From contig JAKPCK010000051.1 of the NCBI GenBank assembly GCA_029553295.1, positions 4,738 to 68,737 of the forward strand: DNA of 64,000 nucleotides, given 5' to 3'. Positions 36,369-45,896 of the stretch are shown here, piece after piece. A model generated the notes under the pieces. It was not told the origin of the DNA and did no database searches. It worked only from the letters and a program-made list of their open reading frames with translations. This DNA comes from Deltaproteobacteria bacterium. GTDB taxonomy: Bacteria > Desulfobacterota > Syntrophorhabdia > Syntrophorhabdales > Syntrophorhabdaceae. A program made the translations under genes and the position numbers. Position 1 is the first letter of the stretch, and each line of letters begins with the position of its first letter.

Positions 36369-36847
36369 ATCCTGACCTTATCTACATAATCTGTAATTAA
36401 TCTCTTGTATCCCTCATGGGCTGTTATAAGACTCAATAACCTCTTCTCGTGATACCTCATCCTCCTTGCCTCATTTCCACCTTTTTCATGGTCAAGGCCC
36501 TTTATATGGAGGAGGCCATGGATTATAAGTGCCATGAGTCTCTCATAAAAATCACACTGCGCATGCTCTGCCTCTTCCTTTGCCCTCTCCAGGGATATGA
36601 TGATGTCGCCTATCACCTCTTCTTCCTTCAGGCCTTCATCCTCCAGATATGAAAAAGATATGACATTGGTAGACCAGTCCCTGCCGAAATACTCATGGTT
36701 CAATTTCTTTATCCCTTTATTATCCGTGAAGAGGAGGCTTATATGTCTATCCTGTAGCCCTGAATATATTAGTAACTCTTCTATCAGTCTTTTGATCTGT
36801 CTTTTGTTTATCTTCAGCAGTCTTTGTGAGTCTTTTATCAGAACCAT
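36365..36847 (-). CDS. ybeY: Endoribonuclease YbeY (rRNA maturation)
   Basis: Zinc motif HGLLHIKGLDH and LNHEYFGRDWSTNVISF. 160 aa. Confidence 0.9.
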   Translation of the reverse strand: MVLIKDSQRLLKINKRQIKRLIEELLIYSGLQDRHISLLFTDNKGIKKLNHEYFGRDWSTNVISFSYLEDEGLKEEEVIGDIIISLERAKEEAEHAQCDFYERLMALIIHGLLHIKGLDHEKGGNEARRMRYHEKRLLSLITAHEGYKRLITDYVDKVRM

Positions 36848-38453
36848 TATGCCCTGCCCTTTCGGGATACTCTATCCTTTGATGGAATATCCCTAACAGT
36901 ATGTTTATGAAACTCTTTTGTATAGCATGGAGGTCTTTTAAGGTCAATTCACACTCGTCAAGCTGGCCATCAAGAAATATCCTTTCAATGACATCCTGGA
37001 CATGCTTTTCTATCCTTTTAGGCGTGGGGTCATCCAGTATCCTTGAGGAGGCCTCTACAACATCGGCAAGCATCACTATCCCTGCCTCTTTTGTCTGGGG
37101 CTTGGGTCCTGCATATCTAAAGTCCTTCTCATCTATTACATACAGGCCCGGGTCTTCCTGTTCCTTTGCCCTGTTAAAAAAATAGCTAACAAGGGTTGTC
37201 CCGTGGTGCTCTTTTATTATATCCTTTATCTTCTTTCCCAGCTTGTATTTATCTGCAAGTTCAACGCCCTCCTTTACATGGGATAGTATGATAAGGGAGC
37301 TCATATTCGGTGTTAGATTTTTATGGGCATCCTCAAAACCTTTTCTATTTTCGATGAAATAGTGGGGCATCTTTAGCTTGCCTATATCATGATAGTATGA
37401 AGAAACCCTTGCCAGAAGGGGATGGGCACCTATGCCCTCTGCTGCTGCCTTGGAGAGATTACCTACTATTATACTGTGGTGATATGTCCCTGGTGCATTT
37501 ACCATCATATCCCTTAAGAGTGGGTTATCGAGGTTGGCAAGCTCGAGGAGTTTTATGTCTGTAGTATAATCAAAGGCATATTCTATAATGGGGAGCAATC
37601 CCAGGGCAATAAAGCTACTTGCAACGCCATTTATGAGTATGAACAATATCTTTAGGGGCAGGTCAATGAGTGACCTCCCTGCCATTAAATCAAATATGAT
37701 TGCAAGAAGACTTACAATAAATGCAGTGAATATGCCTGCCTTTATTATTGTGTTTCTGTCCTCACATTTACCTGAAAAATAAGAGGCAACTATGTTGCCG
37801 GTTAACACATAGAGAAAGGCAGTCATGCTCATATCAAACATAATGCCTGTCACAATGGCAATGAGAAGGGAGAATATTATCGCTGCCTCTGAAAACAGGA
37901 CAATCCTCATGATAATCCCGAATAAAAACACCGGGGCAAGATACATAATGCTCACTGCATTGCTATTACTTATATGGTGGGATATCAAAAAGAGTATCTT
38001 TATGAAAAGGGTTGTAAACAGTATAAGGGATGAACAAAAGATGATGTCTTTTTCTGTGAGCTGGAATTTTTTGATATTTCTCGCAGAAAACTCGTAAAAA
38101 ATAAGGCTGATGGAAAAAATCAAGAGAAAGATGGAGATAAAGCTCCTTGCTGCAAAGGTGTCTTTAGACCCCTTTTCTTTTATGGCATGGAGCTTGGCAA
38201 GATGATCGCTATTGACACGCTCACCCTCCCTGACAATAATCTCCCCTTTTTTTATTGTTATGCCCAGAGAGGGGATGGGTGTCTCATACGGTGATTTTAT
38301 GTTGCTGCCTGCTATGTCTCCGGGCTGGTAATCCGGTAGACCATTCTGGAGCCTGTAGGTCACAATTATGGTCAGGCAAAGGGAAAGGACAAAAAAGATG
38401 GCGATTATCCTTATTTTATAATACGATGGGGGTTTATCCTTTTCGTTCTGCAT
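36747..38453 (-). CDS. 7TM-receptor HD-domain phosphohydrolase (PgpH/YqfF-like)
   Basis: Extracellular N-terminal domain, seven TM helices, then HD domain HHSIIVGNLS...YYHDIGK. Classic position between phoH and ybeY. Confidence 0.85.
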   Translation of the reverse strand: MQNEKDKPPSYYKIRIIAIFFVLSLCLTIIVTYRLQNGLPDYQPGDIAGSNIKSPYETPIPSLGITIKKGEIIVREGERVNSDHLAKLHAIKEKGSKDTFAARSFISIFLLIFSISLIFYEFSARNIKKFQLTEKDIIFCSSLILFTTLFIKILFLISHHISNSNAVSIMYLAPVFLFGIIMRIVLFSEAAIIFSLLIAIVTGIMFDMSMTAFLYVLTGNIVASYFSGKCEDRNTIIKAGIFTAFIVSLLAIIFDLMAGRSLIDLPLKILFILINGVASSFIALGLLPIIEYAFDYTTDIKLLELANLDNPLLRDMMVNAPGTYHHSIIVGNLSKAAAEGIGAHPLLARVSSYYHDIGKLKMPHYFIENRKGFEDAHKNLTPNMSSLIILSHVKEGVELADKYKLGKKIKDIIKEHHGTTLVSYFFNRAKEQEDPGLYVIDEKDFRYAGPKPQTKEAGIVMLADVVEASSRILDDPTPKRIEKHVQDVIERIFLDGQLDECELTLKDLHAIQKSFINILLGIFHQRIEYPERAGHNGSDKRLTKTAEDKQKTDQKTDRRVTNIFRATG

Positions 38454-39468
38454 GGCTGTTTATTTCCTCTTGAGATGTCTTTCTTGTCTCATATGCCCTT
38501 ATTATCTTCTGGACAAGGGGATGTCTCACCACATCCTTTTTTGTAAAATATACAAATCTTATCCCCTTGATGCCCTTCAATATCCCCTGTATCTCCACAA
38601 GACCGCTTGCTTTTTTATCTGTTAGGTCTATCTGGGTTACATCACCTGTTATTACTGTCTTGGAGGAGAAACCAAGCCTTGTTAAGAACATCTTCATCTG
38701 TTCAGACCCGGTATTCTGTGCCTCATCGAGTATTATAAAGGCGTCATTTAGTGTCCTTCCCCTCATAAAGGCAAGGGGTGCTATCTCTATAATACCCCTC
38801 TCGATGAGCCTTGTTGCCCGGTCCATATCCAGCATGTCATAGAGGGCATCATACAGAGGTCTGAGATATGGGTTTACCTTCTCATACATGGTGCCCGGGA
38901 GATAACCCAGTTTTTCACCGGCCTCTATGGCAGGCCTTGTGAGTATAATCCTCGAAACCTCTTTCCTATAATACGATGACAGGGCCATGGCCATGGCAAG
39001 ATATGTCTTGCCTGTACCTGCCGGGCCTATGCCTATTACCATATCGTATTTCCTTATAGCCTCGATATAATCCTTCTGATTTTTAGACTTTGGTTTTATG
39101 GTCTTTTTAGATGGGAATATGTATATCTGGTCTTTCTGCAGGTCTTCAGGGGGCTGATGATTGTGGGTAATATGCCTTACTGCACTATCTATGTCAGATG
39201 AATTGACAACAAAACCTTTTTTAATGATACCCTTTAACTCATCTATAACCCTGCTCGTATTCTCTATCTCACTTCTTGTCCCTACTATGGTAAGGTGGTT
39301 CCCCCGGACGCTCGTCCTAACATTAAAATACTTTCTCAGATATTTTATATTTTCGTCACGGGGCCCGAAGAGATTGCGGGCAGTGTTTATATCATCAAAA
39401 GCAAGTCTTAAAAATTCTTCCTCAGTCTTTTCGTTCAATGATCTAAACCATTCCTCCTTGTTGCACAA
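38434..39468 (-). CDS. phoH: PhoH-family ATPase
   Basis: Walker A GPAGTGKTYLA, FIILDEAQN and ITGDVTQIDL motifs. Confidence 0.9.
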   Translation of the reverse strand: MCNKEEWFRSLNEKTEEEFLRLAFDDINTARNLFGPRDENIKYLRKYFNVRTSVRGNHLTIVGTRSEIENTSRVIDELKGIIKKGFVVNSSDIDSAVRHITHNHQPPEDLQKDQIYIFPSKKTIKPKSKNQKDYIEAIRKYDMVIGIGPAGTGKTYLAMAMALSSYYRKEVSRIILTRPAIEAGEKLGYLPGTMYEKVNPYLRPLYDALYDMLDMDRATRLIERGIIEIAPLAFMRGRTLNDAFIILDEAQNTGSEQMKMFLTRLGFSSKTVITGDVTQIDLTDKKASGLVEIQGILKGIKGIRFVYFTKKDVVRHPLVQKIIRAYETRKTSQEEINSHAERKG

Positions 39469-39600
39469 TTAGTATAACATAAAATCTGATTTTAAAAAAT
39501 ACACAAAAAAACACCCCTGGTAGGAGGCTCTCCCAGAAGACAGGATATAGGCTATAGATTTTTTTGCTATAATATTCAATAGTTTTAACACAGGACAAAC

Positions 39601-39621
39601 CGATTTACGATTCACGATTTA
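39601..39621. repeat. Three tandem heptamers CGATT[T/C]A overlapping the stop codon of the GlmU-like gene
   Basis: cgattta cgattca cgattta, then a degenerate ctaatat. Two G[A/C]TATAG units lie nearby at 39544-39557. Confidence 0.7.
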
Positions 39622-40634
39622 CTAATATCAGAGGGGACGCCCTTATTGCCCCTATCTTCAAATATACCCACAACATCCCCCTCTTTAATCTCCACACCAT
39701 CAATATATGAAAATCCCCTTATGACAACATTGCTGTGTATAATGGAATCTTTTATTATTGTGTTAGGTCCTATGGTTACATTTTCCCCGATCCTCGACTT
39801 CCCCAGTATATATGAATCAGGGTATATAACCGTATCCCTTTCAATGGTTACAAGGCTGTCTATATAGACATTCCTGTCCATAAGGGTAACCCCATTTTTA
39901 AGGTGCAGGAGGTTTATCCTGTCCCTCATGATTATGTTTGCCTCCATGAGCTCTTTTCTACTGTTTATACCAAGGACATACGAGGCAACAGGGTAATGGA
40001 AACCTCTCACGTCTATACCTCTTTCATTGGCAATAGTGCATATATCAGTAAGGTAGTATTCACCCTTTTTGTTGTTGTTTTTTATATCCTTGAGGAGCCT
40101 TATATGCCCCTCTGGTATGATGCAGATGCCTGTATTTATCTCTTTCACCTCTTTCTGGTCTGGCGTGGCATCGGCATCCTCTATTATGGCCTTTATATAC
40201 TCGCCCTCCATGATGACTCTTCCGTAGCCAGCAGGGTCTTCGACAGAGGTGGTCATAAAGGTTATTGCCCTCTTTCTATTGTAAAAACCCATAAAATCCA
40301 TTAAAGTGGATTTATCCATGAGGGGGACGTCTCCATACAGGACAAGGATATCGCCTCCCCTTAGGGAGCCCTCGGCACAGAGGACAGCATGGGCAGTGCC
40401 TTTCTGCTCTGTCTGGACAGTAAAATTAACATCATACATGCCTATAAAAGGGATAATCTCCTCCCTTCCGAAGCCTACAACAACTGTTATGCCATTAGGT
40501 TCAAGCTCCTTTGCCCTTTCAATTACATAACCGATCATGGGTTTACCCATAATCTCGTGGAGGACCTTTGGTTTTTTCGACTTCATTCGCTCGCCCTTGC
40601 CTGCTGCAAGGATTATCACATCCAGTCTATTCAT
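39612..40634 (-). CDS. GlmU-like sugar-1-phosphate nucleotidyltransferase with short left-handed beta-helix tail (340 aa)
   Basis: N-terminal VIILAAGKGERMKSKKPKVLHEIMGKPMI, GTAHAV and LYGDVPL uridyltransferase motifs. Only ~90 aa of hexapeptide repeats follow. Confidence 0.75.
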   Translation of the reverse strand: MNRLDVIILAAGKGERMKSKKPKVLHEIMGKPMIGYVIERAKELEPNGITVVVGFGREEIIPFIGMYDVNFTVQTEQKGTAHAVLCAEGSLRGGDILVLYGDVPLMDKSTLMDFMGFYNRKRAITFMTTSVEDPAGYGRVIMEGEYIKAIIEDADATPDQKEVKEINTGICIIPEGHIRLLKDIKNNNKKGEYYLTDICTIANERGIDVRGFHYPVASYVLGINSRKELMEANIIMRDRINLLHLKNGVTLMDRNVYIDSLVTIERDTVIYPDSYILGKSRIGENVTIGPNTIIKDSIIHSNVVIRGFSYIDGVEIKEGDVVGIFEDRGNKGVPSDISKS

Positions 40635-41373
40635 GGTCTTTTACCCTCTTTCCCGATAGTCTTACAATTATAATGCTCAACTCATAAAGCCCCCACAGTG
40701 GTATGGCCATGAATATCTGGCTTGTTATATCAGGGGGCGTGATAACAGCGCTTAAGATAAAAATCCCCAGTATGGCATATCGCCTCTTGGATGAGAGCAT
40801 CTTGTGGTCTATGATACCCACCCGTCCGAGATAAAATGCCATAAGAGGCATCTCAAATATAAGACCAAAGGCTATAAGCAGCTTAAGGGTCAGGTTCATA
40901 TAGCCCTTCAAATCAGGCATGGGTATAATAAACTCTGCTGCGTAGCTCACAAAAAACCTGTAAATAAAAGGCATTACAACAAAATAACAGAACACAGCCC
41001 CGCATATGAAACATATGCTCCCGTAGAAGATAAAGGGGAATGCATATTTCTTTTCTTTCTCATAGAGACCAGGGGATACAAACATCCATATCTCATACAG
41101 TATTACAGGGGCGGCTGCAAAGATTGCAACTACCAGTGAAATCTTGAAGTATGTAATGAATGCCTCTGTGACATATGTAAAGATAAACGAGCTTTTTTCA
41201 GGCATCACCTTTATAAAAGGCTGCATGAGGAAATAGAATATCTTTTCCTTAAAATAATAGGCTACAATGAAGGCTATACCGGTAGCAATAATGCAGACAA
41301 CAAGCCTGTCTCTTAACTCCTTAAGGTGGGATATAAATGGCTGTTTTTCCTCGGATTTTATCTTTTTGACCAT
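40627..41373 (-). CDS. tatC: Twin-arginine translocase subunit TatC
   Basis: FISHLKELRDRL start, six TM helices. 248 aa. Directly downstream of tatA. Confidence 0.9.
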   Translation of the reverse strand: MVKKIKSEEKQPFISHLKELRDRLVVCIIATGIAFIVAYYFKEKIFYFLMQPFIKVMPEKSSFIFTYVTEAFITYFKISLVVAIFAAAPVILYEIWMFVSPGLYEKEKKYAFPFIFYGSICFICGAVFCYFVVMPFIYRFFVSYAAEFIIPMPDLKGYMNLTLKLLIAFGLIFEMPLMAFYLGRVGIIDHKMLSSKRRYAILGIFILSAVITPPDITSQIFMAIPLWGLYELSIIIVRLSGKRVKDHE

Positions 41374-41382
41374 AGAATTCTG

Positions 41383-41643
41383 CTATGCATCAGGGGTGTG
41401 TGGCTTATGGGTTTCAGGCTCATCTTTTGATATGTCTTGTGTTTTCTCCTGTTCATTATCCTCAGGGGTCTTTTCTTTTATGACCTCCTCTTCTATGGTC
41501 TCTTTAACCTCATCAGCCATCCTCCTGAATTCACCAAAGGCCTTTCCAATGGATTTTGCAAGCTCAGGTAGTTTAGAGGGACCAACTACAAGTAGCGCAA
41601 CAATGAGTATAACAATAAGTTCCGGTAGCCCGATACCAAACAT
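41383..41643 (-). CDS. tatA: Twin-arginine translocase subunit TatA/E (or TatB)
   Basis: MFGIGLPELIVILIVALLVVGPSKLPELAKSIGKAFGEFRR signature with an acidic tail. Confidence 0.9.
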   Translation of the reverse strand: MFGIGLPELIVILIVALLVVGPSKLPELAKSIGKAFGEFRRMADEVKETIEEEVIKEKTPEDNEQEKTQDISKDEPETHKPHTPDA

Positions 41644-41706
41644 AGATGTAAATTAACACAAAATCCCATTAAAACAAAATAAAATATTCAAATCCCTTTA
41701 GCGGTC

Positions 41707-42225
41707 TCAAAGAGTAAACCGCCACTTGCAGAACATATCCGGGGGATGGCTGTCAGGGGGTGCAAAAAGGCACTCTACCTTTATATTGGGGTCAATCTCC
41801 CTTGCAAAAGATTCAAACTCACCCCTGTGCATGTCCTTACAGACAAACTCCTCAAGCCCCCTCTTCAATCTTGATTCCTGGGTAGGACAGTGGGGCACGG
41901 TTATAATAACCTCGTTTTCCTTTTCCTCTATCTCGTATTCTACTATTATGGTCCATGTAAAAAGCCTCAATGCCTTCACAAAACCTTTTAGCCCCTTTTC
42001 CTTGATGTTAAACCTATTTATCAGATCCTTAGATGCCATGCCTGCCACCCTGCCCCAGACCATCTCGTTTATACGCTCTGCTGTAGGCTGGTCAAACCTC
42101 TCTGCCACATAGATAAACCAGAATGCGTCTATCACCCTGTAATGCCAGAGTAAAAACTCTATGTAGCTTTTAAGCTGATTTTCATCCATCTCGTCAAAGA
42201 CCTTCAGATTCATAAAAACCCCCAT
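41707..42225 (-). CDS. Conserved hypothetical Cys-containing protein (possibly DUF6125-like; name recalled from memory only)
   Basis: 172-aa ORF with non-repetitive composition. Cys in HCP, VCKD, ECLF and FCKWRF. Tightly placed between tatA and gpsA. Confidence 0.5.
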   Translation of the reverse strand: MGVFMNLKVFDEMDENQLKSYIEFLLWHYRVIDAFWFIYVAERFDQPTAERINEMVWGRVAGMASKDLINRFNIKEKGLKGFVKALRLFTWTIIVEYEIEEKENEVIITVPHCPTQESRLKRGLEEFVCKDMHRGEFESFAREIDPNIKVECLFAPPDSHPPDMFCKWRFTL

Positions 42226-42237
42226 TTTATATTGTTA

Positions 42238-43251
42238 TTATTCATCTTCCTCTTTAAGACCCCTGTTTTTTATATCCCTTATGGATTCCAGTATGTCTTT
42301 TCTCTCATACACTATCCTGTATAACTCCTCTGTAATGGGCATCGCTACACCCATATTCCTGGACATGAGGTATGCTGCCTTTATGGTAAAATAACCCTCT
42401 ACAACAGCATTCTGAGAGCCTATAATCTCCTCTGATGTCCTTCCCCTTGCGAGCTCCAGTCCAAATGCCCTGTTCCTACTTAAAGAGCCATAGGATGTCA
42501 GGATCAGGTCGCCTATACCAGAAAGGCCCATGAATGTGGTATCTCTGGCACCGAGGGCCCTGCCCAGCCTCCTTATCTCTGCAAGGGCACGGGTTACAAA
42601 TGCAGCCTTTGTGTTTGTCCCGAGCTCCAGCCCCTCTATTATACCTGCCCCTATAGCCATGACATTCTTCATTGCCCCACCGAGTTCAACACCGACAACA
42701 TCTTCATTGGTATAGACCCTGAAGTTGTCACTATGGATAAGCGACTGAAAATATTTAGAGAGACTCTTGATTCTCGATGCAACAACAACAGAGGTGAACT
42801 GTCCTTTTGCCACCTCCCTTGCAAAAGAAGGTCCTGAAAGCACTGCAACCATCTCATCTCTGCCTATGAGCTCATGGACAATATCTGCCATAAATTTATA
42901 GGTGTTAATCTCTATTCCCTTGGTGAGAATAAGTATCCTCTTCCCCTGTAATCCATGGGATACCCTTTCTAATGTCTCCCTGAGGGCAAAGGATGGTGTG
43001 GCTATGACAATATCATCAGAATAGGCCGGGATATCTGTTAATTCATGGGTAAAGTCCATGTATCCTGAGAGCTTAAAACCAGGCAGGTAGTATCTGTTTT
43101 CCCTCTCTTTCTTTAATATCCTGTACAGGTCTTCCTCATATACCCAAAGGAGCACATGGTATCCCATACCTGCAAGATGCATGGAAAAGGCTGTCCCCCA
43201 TGCCCCAGCACCTATGACACCTATTGTCTTTTTTTCTCTTTCTAATCCCAT
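42238..43251 (-). CDS. gpsA: NAD(P)H-dependent glycerol-3-phosphate dehydrogenase
   Basis: IGVIGAGAWGTAF Rossmann start, GPSFAREV and GGAMKNVMAI motifs. Confidence 0.9.
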   Translation of the reverse strand: MGLEREKKTIGVIGAGAWGTAFSMHLAGMGYHVLLWVYEEDLYRILKKERENRYYLPGFKLSGYMDFTHELTDIPAYSDDIVIATPSFALRETLERVSHGLQGKRILILTKGIEINTYKFMADIVHELIGRDEMVAVLSGPSFAREVAKGQFTSVVVASRIKSLSKYFQSLIHSDNFRVYTNEDVVGVELGGAMKNVMAIGAGIIEGLELGTNTKAAFVTRALAEIRRLGRALGARDTTFMGLSGIGDLILTSYGSLSRNRAFGLELARGRTSEEIIGSQNAVVEGYFTIKAAYLMSRNMGVAMPITEELYRIVYERKDILESIRDIKNRGLKEEDE

Positions 43252-43317
43252 GACAAGGTCGAGACTTTTATAAAAGGCCCCATAAAAGCCTTAAAAAGGC
43301 TTGCTAATCTCTTCACA

Positions 43318-45738
43318 TCAATCCTGCTCTGCAATAGCCACACTGCTTACCTTCTCACCTTCTTTCAGGTCCATAAGCTTGACACCTATACCACCCCTTT
43401 TCTGGACAGGGAGGTTCTCTGCATGAAACCTTATGGTCCTGCCTGTATCTGTGACAAGTATAACCTCATCCTTTCTGTCTATCTGTTTTATATACACAAC
43501 CTCACCGTTTTTCTTTCCGCATCGGGTATTTATTATGCCCTTACCGCCCCTTAATTGTTCCCTGTATTCTGAACAGGGCGAACATTTTCCATATCCTTTG
43601 TCTGTGACAGTGAATATCACCGAGTCATCATGGACTATCTCTGCTGAAACAACCTCATCGTCTCCCTCTAATGAGATACCCCTGACACCATATGCCTGTC
43701 TGCCCATATGTCTTATCTGTTTTTCGTGAAATCTAATGGACATACCTCTTTTTGTGGCCAGCATCACCTCGTTTTCCCCGTCTGTCTCAAGGACGCCAAC
43801 AAGGCTGTCTTCCTCAGGCAGGTCTATGACCTTTATGCCTGTAGATCTCAAGTTTTTGATTTCACTTAGGCTTATCTTTTTGACCTTTCCCTTTTTGGTT
43901 ATGAGGAAGAGATACCTGTCATCTACAAATTCATTGGCATGGGCAACAGCGGTTATCTTCTCATTTTTCCCTATATTTATGATGTTGAGAATGGGTTTTC
44001 CCTTTGATGTAAGGGGTGCATCAGGGATGTTAAAGACCTTTAATATATAGGCCCTGCCGTTGTTTGTAAAAAATATTATATAAGAGTGGGTAGATGCAAT
44101 ATAGAGGTGGTCTACTACATCCTCATCCCTCACCACTATACCTATCTTACCCTTACCCCCTCTGAGCTGGTGTTTATACTGGTCAAGGGGTGTCCTCTTT
44201 ATATAACCCTTGCTTGTGATTGTGACAACCACCTCTTCTTCCTTTATCATATCCTCTATGGTTATCTCAGGGAGTTCGTCAACAATCTCTGTAAGCCTTT
44301 CATTCCCGTATCTGTTCTTTATGTCGATGAGCTCTTCCTTGACTATACCAAGGAGCACAGACTCGTTATCCAGGATATTCTGTAGCCTCTTTGTCTCATC
44401 TTTTGTAGACTGGAGGTCCTCTATTATCTTTGCCTGCTCCAAGGATGTGAGCCTCTGAAGCCTCATCTCAAGGATGCTTGTGGCCTGTTTCTCGGAAAAG
44501 CCAAATCTATCCATAAGGCTAACCCTTGCCTCTGGCGTGTTCTTTGACTTTTTTATAATGGCTATGACCTCATCTATGTTATCAAGGGCAATCTTTAAGC
44601 CTTCGAGTATATGGAGCCTCTCCAATGCCTTATTAAGCTCAAATATAGAACGTTTTGTTACAATCTCCTTCCTGAATTTTATAAACTCACCTATTATCTC
44701 CTTTAGATTTAAAACCCTTGGTTGATTGTCAACAATGGTGAGAAAGATTATCCCGAAGGTTGTCTGGAGCTGGGTATGCTTGTATAGTTTGTTCAGTATC
44801 GGCGTTGCCATCTCACCCCTTTTGAGCTCTATAACAATCCTCATGCCCTCTCTGCTCGACTCATCCTTCATATTGGCAATGCCCTCTATCTTTTTGGAGT
44901 TCACCAGCTCTACTATCCCTTCTATGAGTCGTGCTTTATTTACCTGATATGGTATCTCTGTAATGACAATCCTCTCTCTACCCCCATCCTTCTTGCTTTT
45001 CTCGATAACAGCCCTTGCCCTCAGTATGATATGACCTTTGCCTGTCTCATAGGCATCCCTTATCCCCTGCCTCCCGTAGATTATGGCCTGGGTAGGAAAA
45101 TCAGGGCCTGGTATAATCCTTATCAATTCATCGAGGGTAATGTCTGGATTATCTATGGTGGCTACTATGGCATCTACCACCTCATTGAGATTATGGGGGG
45201 GTATGTTCGTTGCCATACCCACTGCTATACCTGATGAACCATTGATGAGGAGATTGGGTATCTTTGAAGGCAAGACTACAGGCTCCTCAAGGGAGTCATC
45301 ATAGTTTGGCCTGAATGATACTGTGTCTTTCTCTATGTCCTTGAGTATCTCCTCTGCTATCCTGGAGAGCCTTATCTCTGTATACCTCATGGCTGCCGGT
45401 GCATCTCCGTCAATGGAACCAAAATTACCCTGTCCATCTATCAAGGGATAACGGAGAGAGAAATCCTGGACCATCCTTGTGATGGCATCGTATACAGCCT
45501 GGTCACCGTGGGGGTGAAATTTACCTATTACATCACCTACTATCCTTGCAGACTTTTTATATGGCTTATCATGGGTATTGCCAAGCTCATACATGGCATA
45601 TAAAATCCTTCTATGGACAGGTTTAAGCCCATCCCTTATATCAGGCAACGCCCTCCCTATGATGGTGCTCATGGCATAATCAAGGTAGGACCTCTTCATC
45701 TCCTCTTCAATGGGGACTGTTACAACAGATTGATGCAT
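43318..45738 (-). CDS. gyrA: DNA gyrase subunit A
   Basis: [30 protein letters not shown], the active-site AAMRYTE, and C-terminal beta-pinwheel repeats. AGGAGG RBS. Confidence 0.97.
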   Translation of the reverse strand: MHQSVVTVPIEEEMKRSYLDYAMSTIIGRALPDIRDGLKPVHRRILYAMYELGNTHDKPYKKSARIVGDVIGKFHPHGDQAVYDAITRMVQDFSLRYPLIDGQGNFGSIDGDAPAAMRYTEIRLSRIAEEILKDIEKDTVSFRPNYDDSLEEPVVLPSKIPNLLINGSSGIAVGMATNIPPHNLNEVVDAIVATIDNPDITLDELIRIIPGPDFPTQAIIYGRQGIRDAYETGKGHIILRARAVIEKSKKDGGRERIVITEIPYQVNKARLIEGIVELVNSKKIEGIANMKDESSREGMRIVIELKRGEMATPILNKLYKHTQLQTTFGIIFLTIVDNQPRVLNLKEIIGEFIKFRKEIVTKRSIFELNKALERLHILEGLKIALDNIDEVIAIIKKSKNTPEARVSLMDRFGFSEKQATSILEMRLQRLTSLEQAKIIEDLQSTKDETKRLQNILDNESVLLGIVKEELIDIKNRYGNERLTEIVDELPEITIEDMIKEEEVVVTITSKGYIKRTPLDQYKHQLRGGKGKIGIVVRDEDVVDHLYIASTHSYIIFFTNNGRAYILKVFNIPDAPLTSKGKPILNIINIGKNEKITAVAHANEFVDDRYLFLITKKGKVKKISLSEIKNLRSTGIKVIDLPEEDSLVGVLETDGENEVMLATKRGMSIRFHEKQIRHMGRQAYGVRGISLEGDDEVVSAEIVHDDSVIFTVTDKGYGKCSPCSEYREQLRGGKGIINTRCGKKNGEVVYIKQIDRKDEVILVTDTGRTIRFHAENLPVQKRGGIGVKLMDLKEGEKVSSVAIAEQD

Positions 45739-45875
45739 GGATATGGCCTCCTAAAAAACACTACTTTTTTTGTCTTAATCTAACATAAACCCCAATCTAT
45801 GTCAGTATTTAATTGAGATAATTACTCCAGGGCACATCCTCCCTGTTTGAATAGAATTGATTCTGATTTTTTATT

Positions 45876-45896
45876 CAGTCTTTAGTCTGCAGTCTA
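45876..45896. repeat. Three tandem heptamers NAGTCTN overlapping the stop codon of the acyl-CoA dehydrogenase gene
   Basis: cagtctt tagtctg cagtcta, read directly. Confidence 0.7.
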
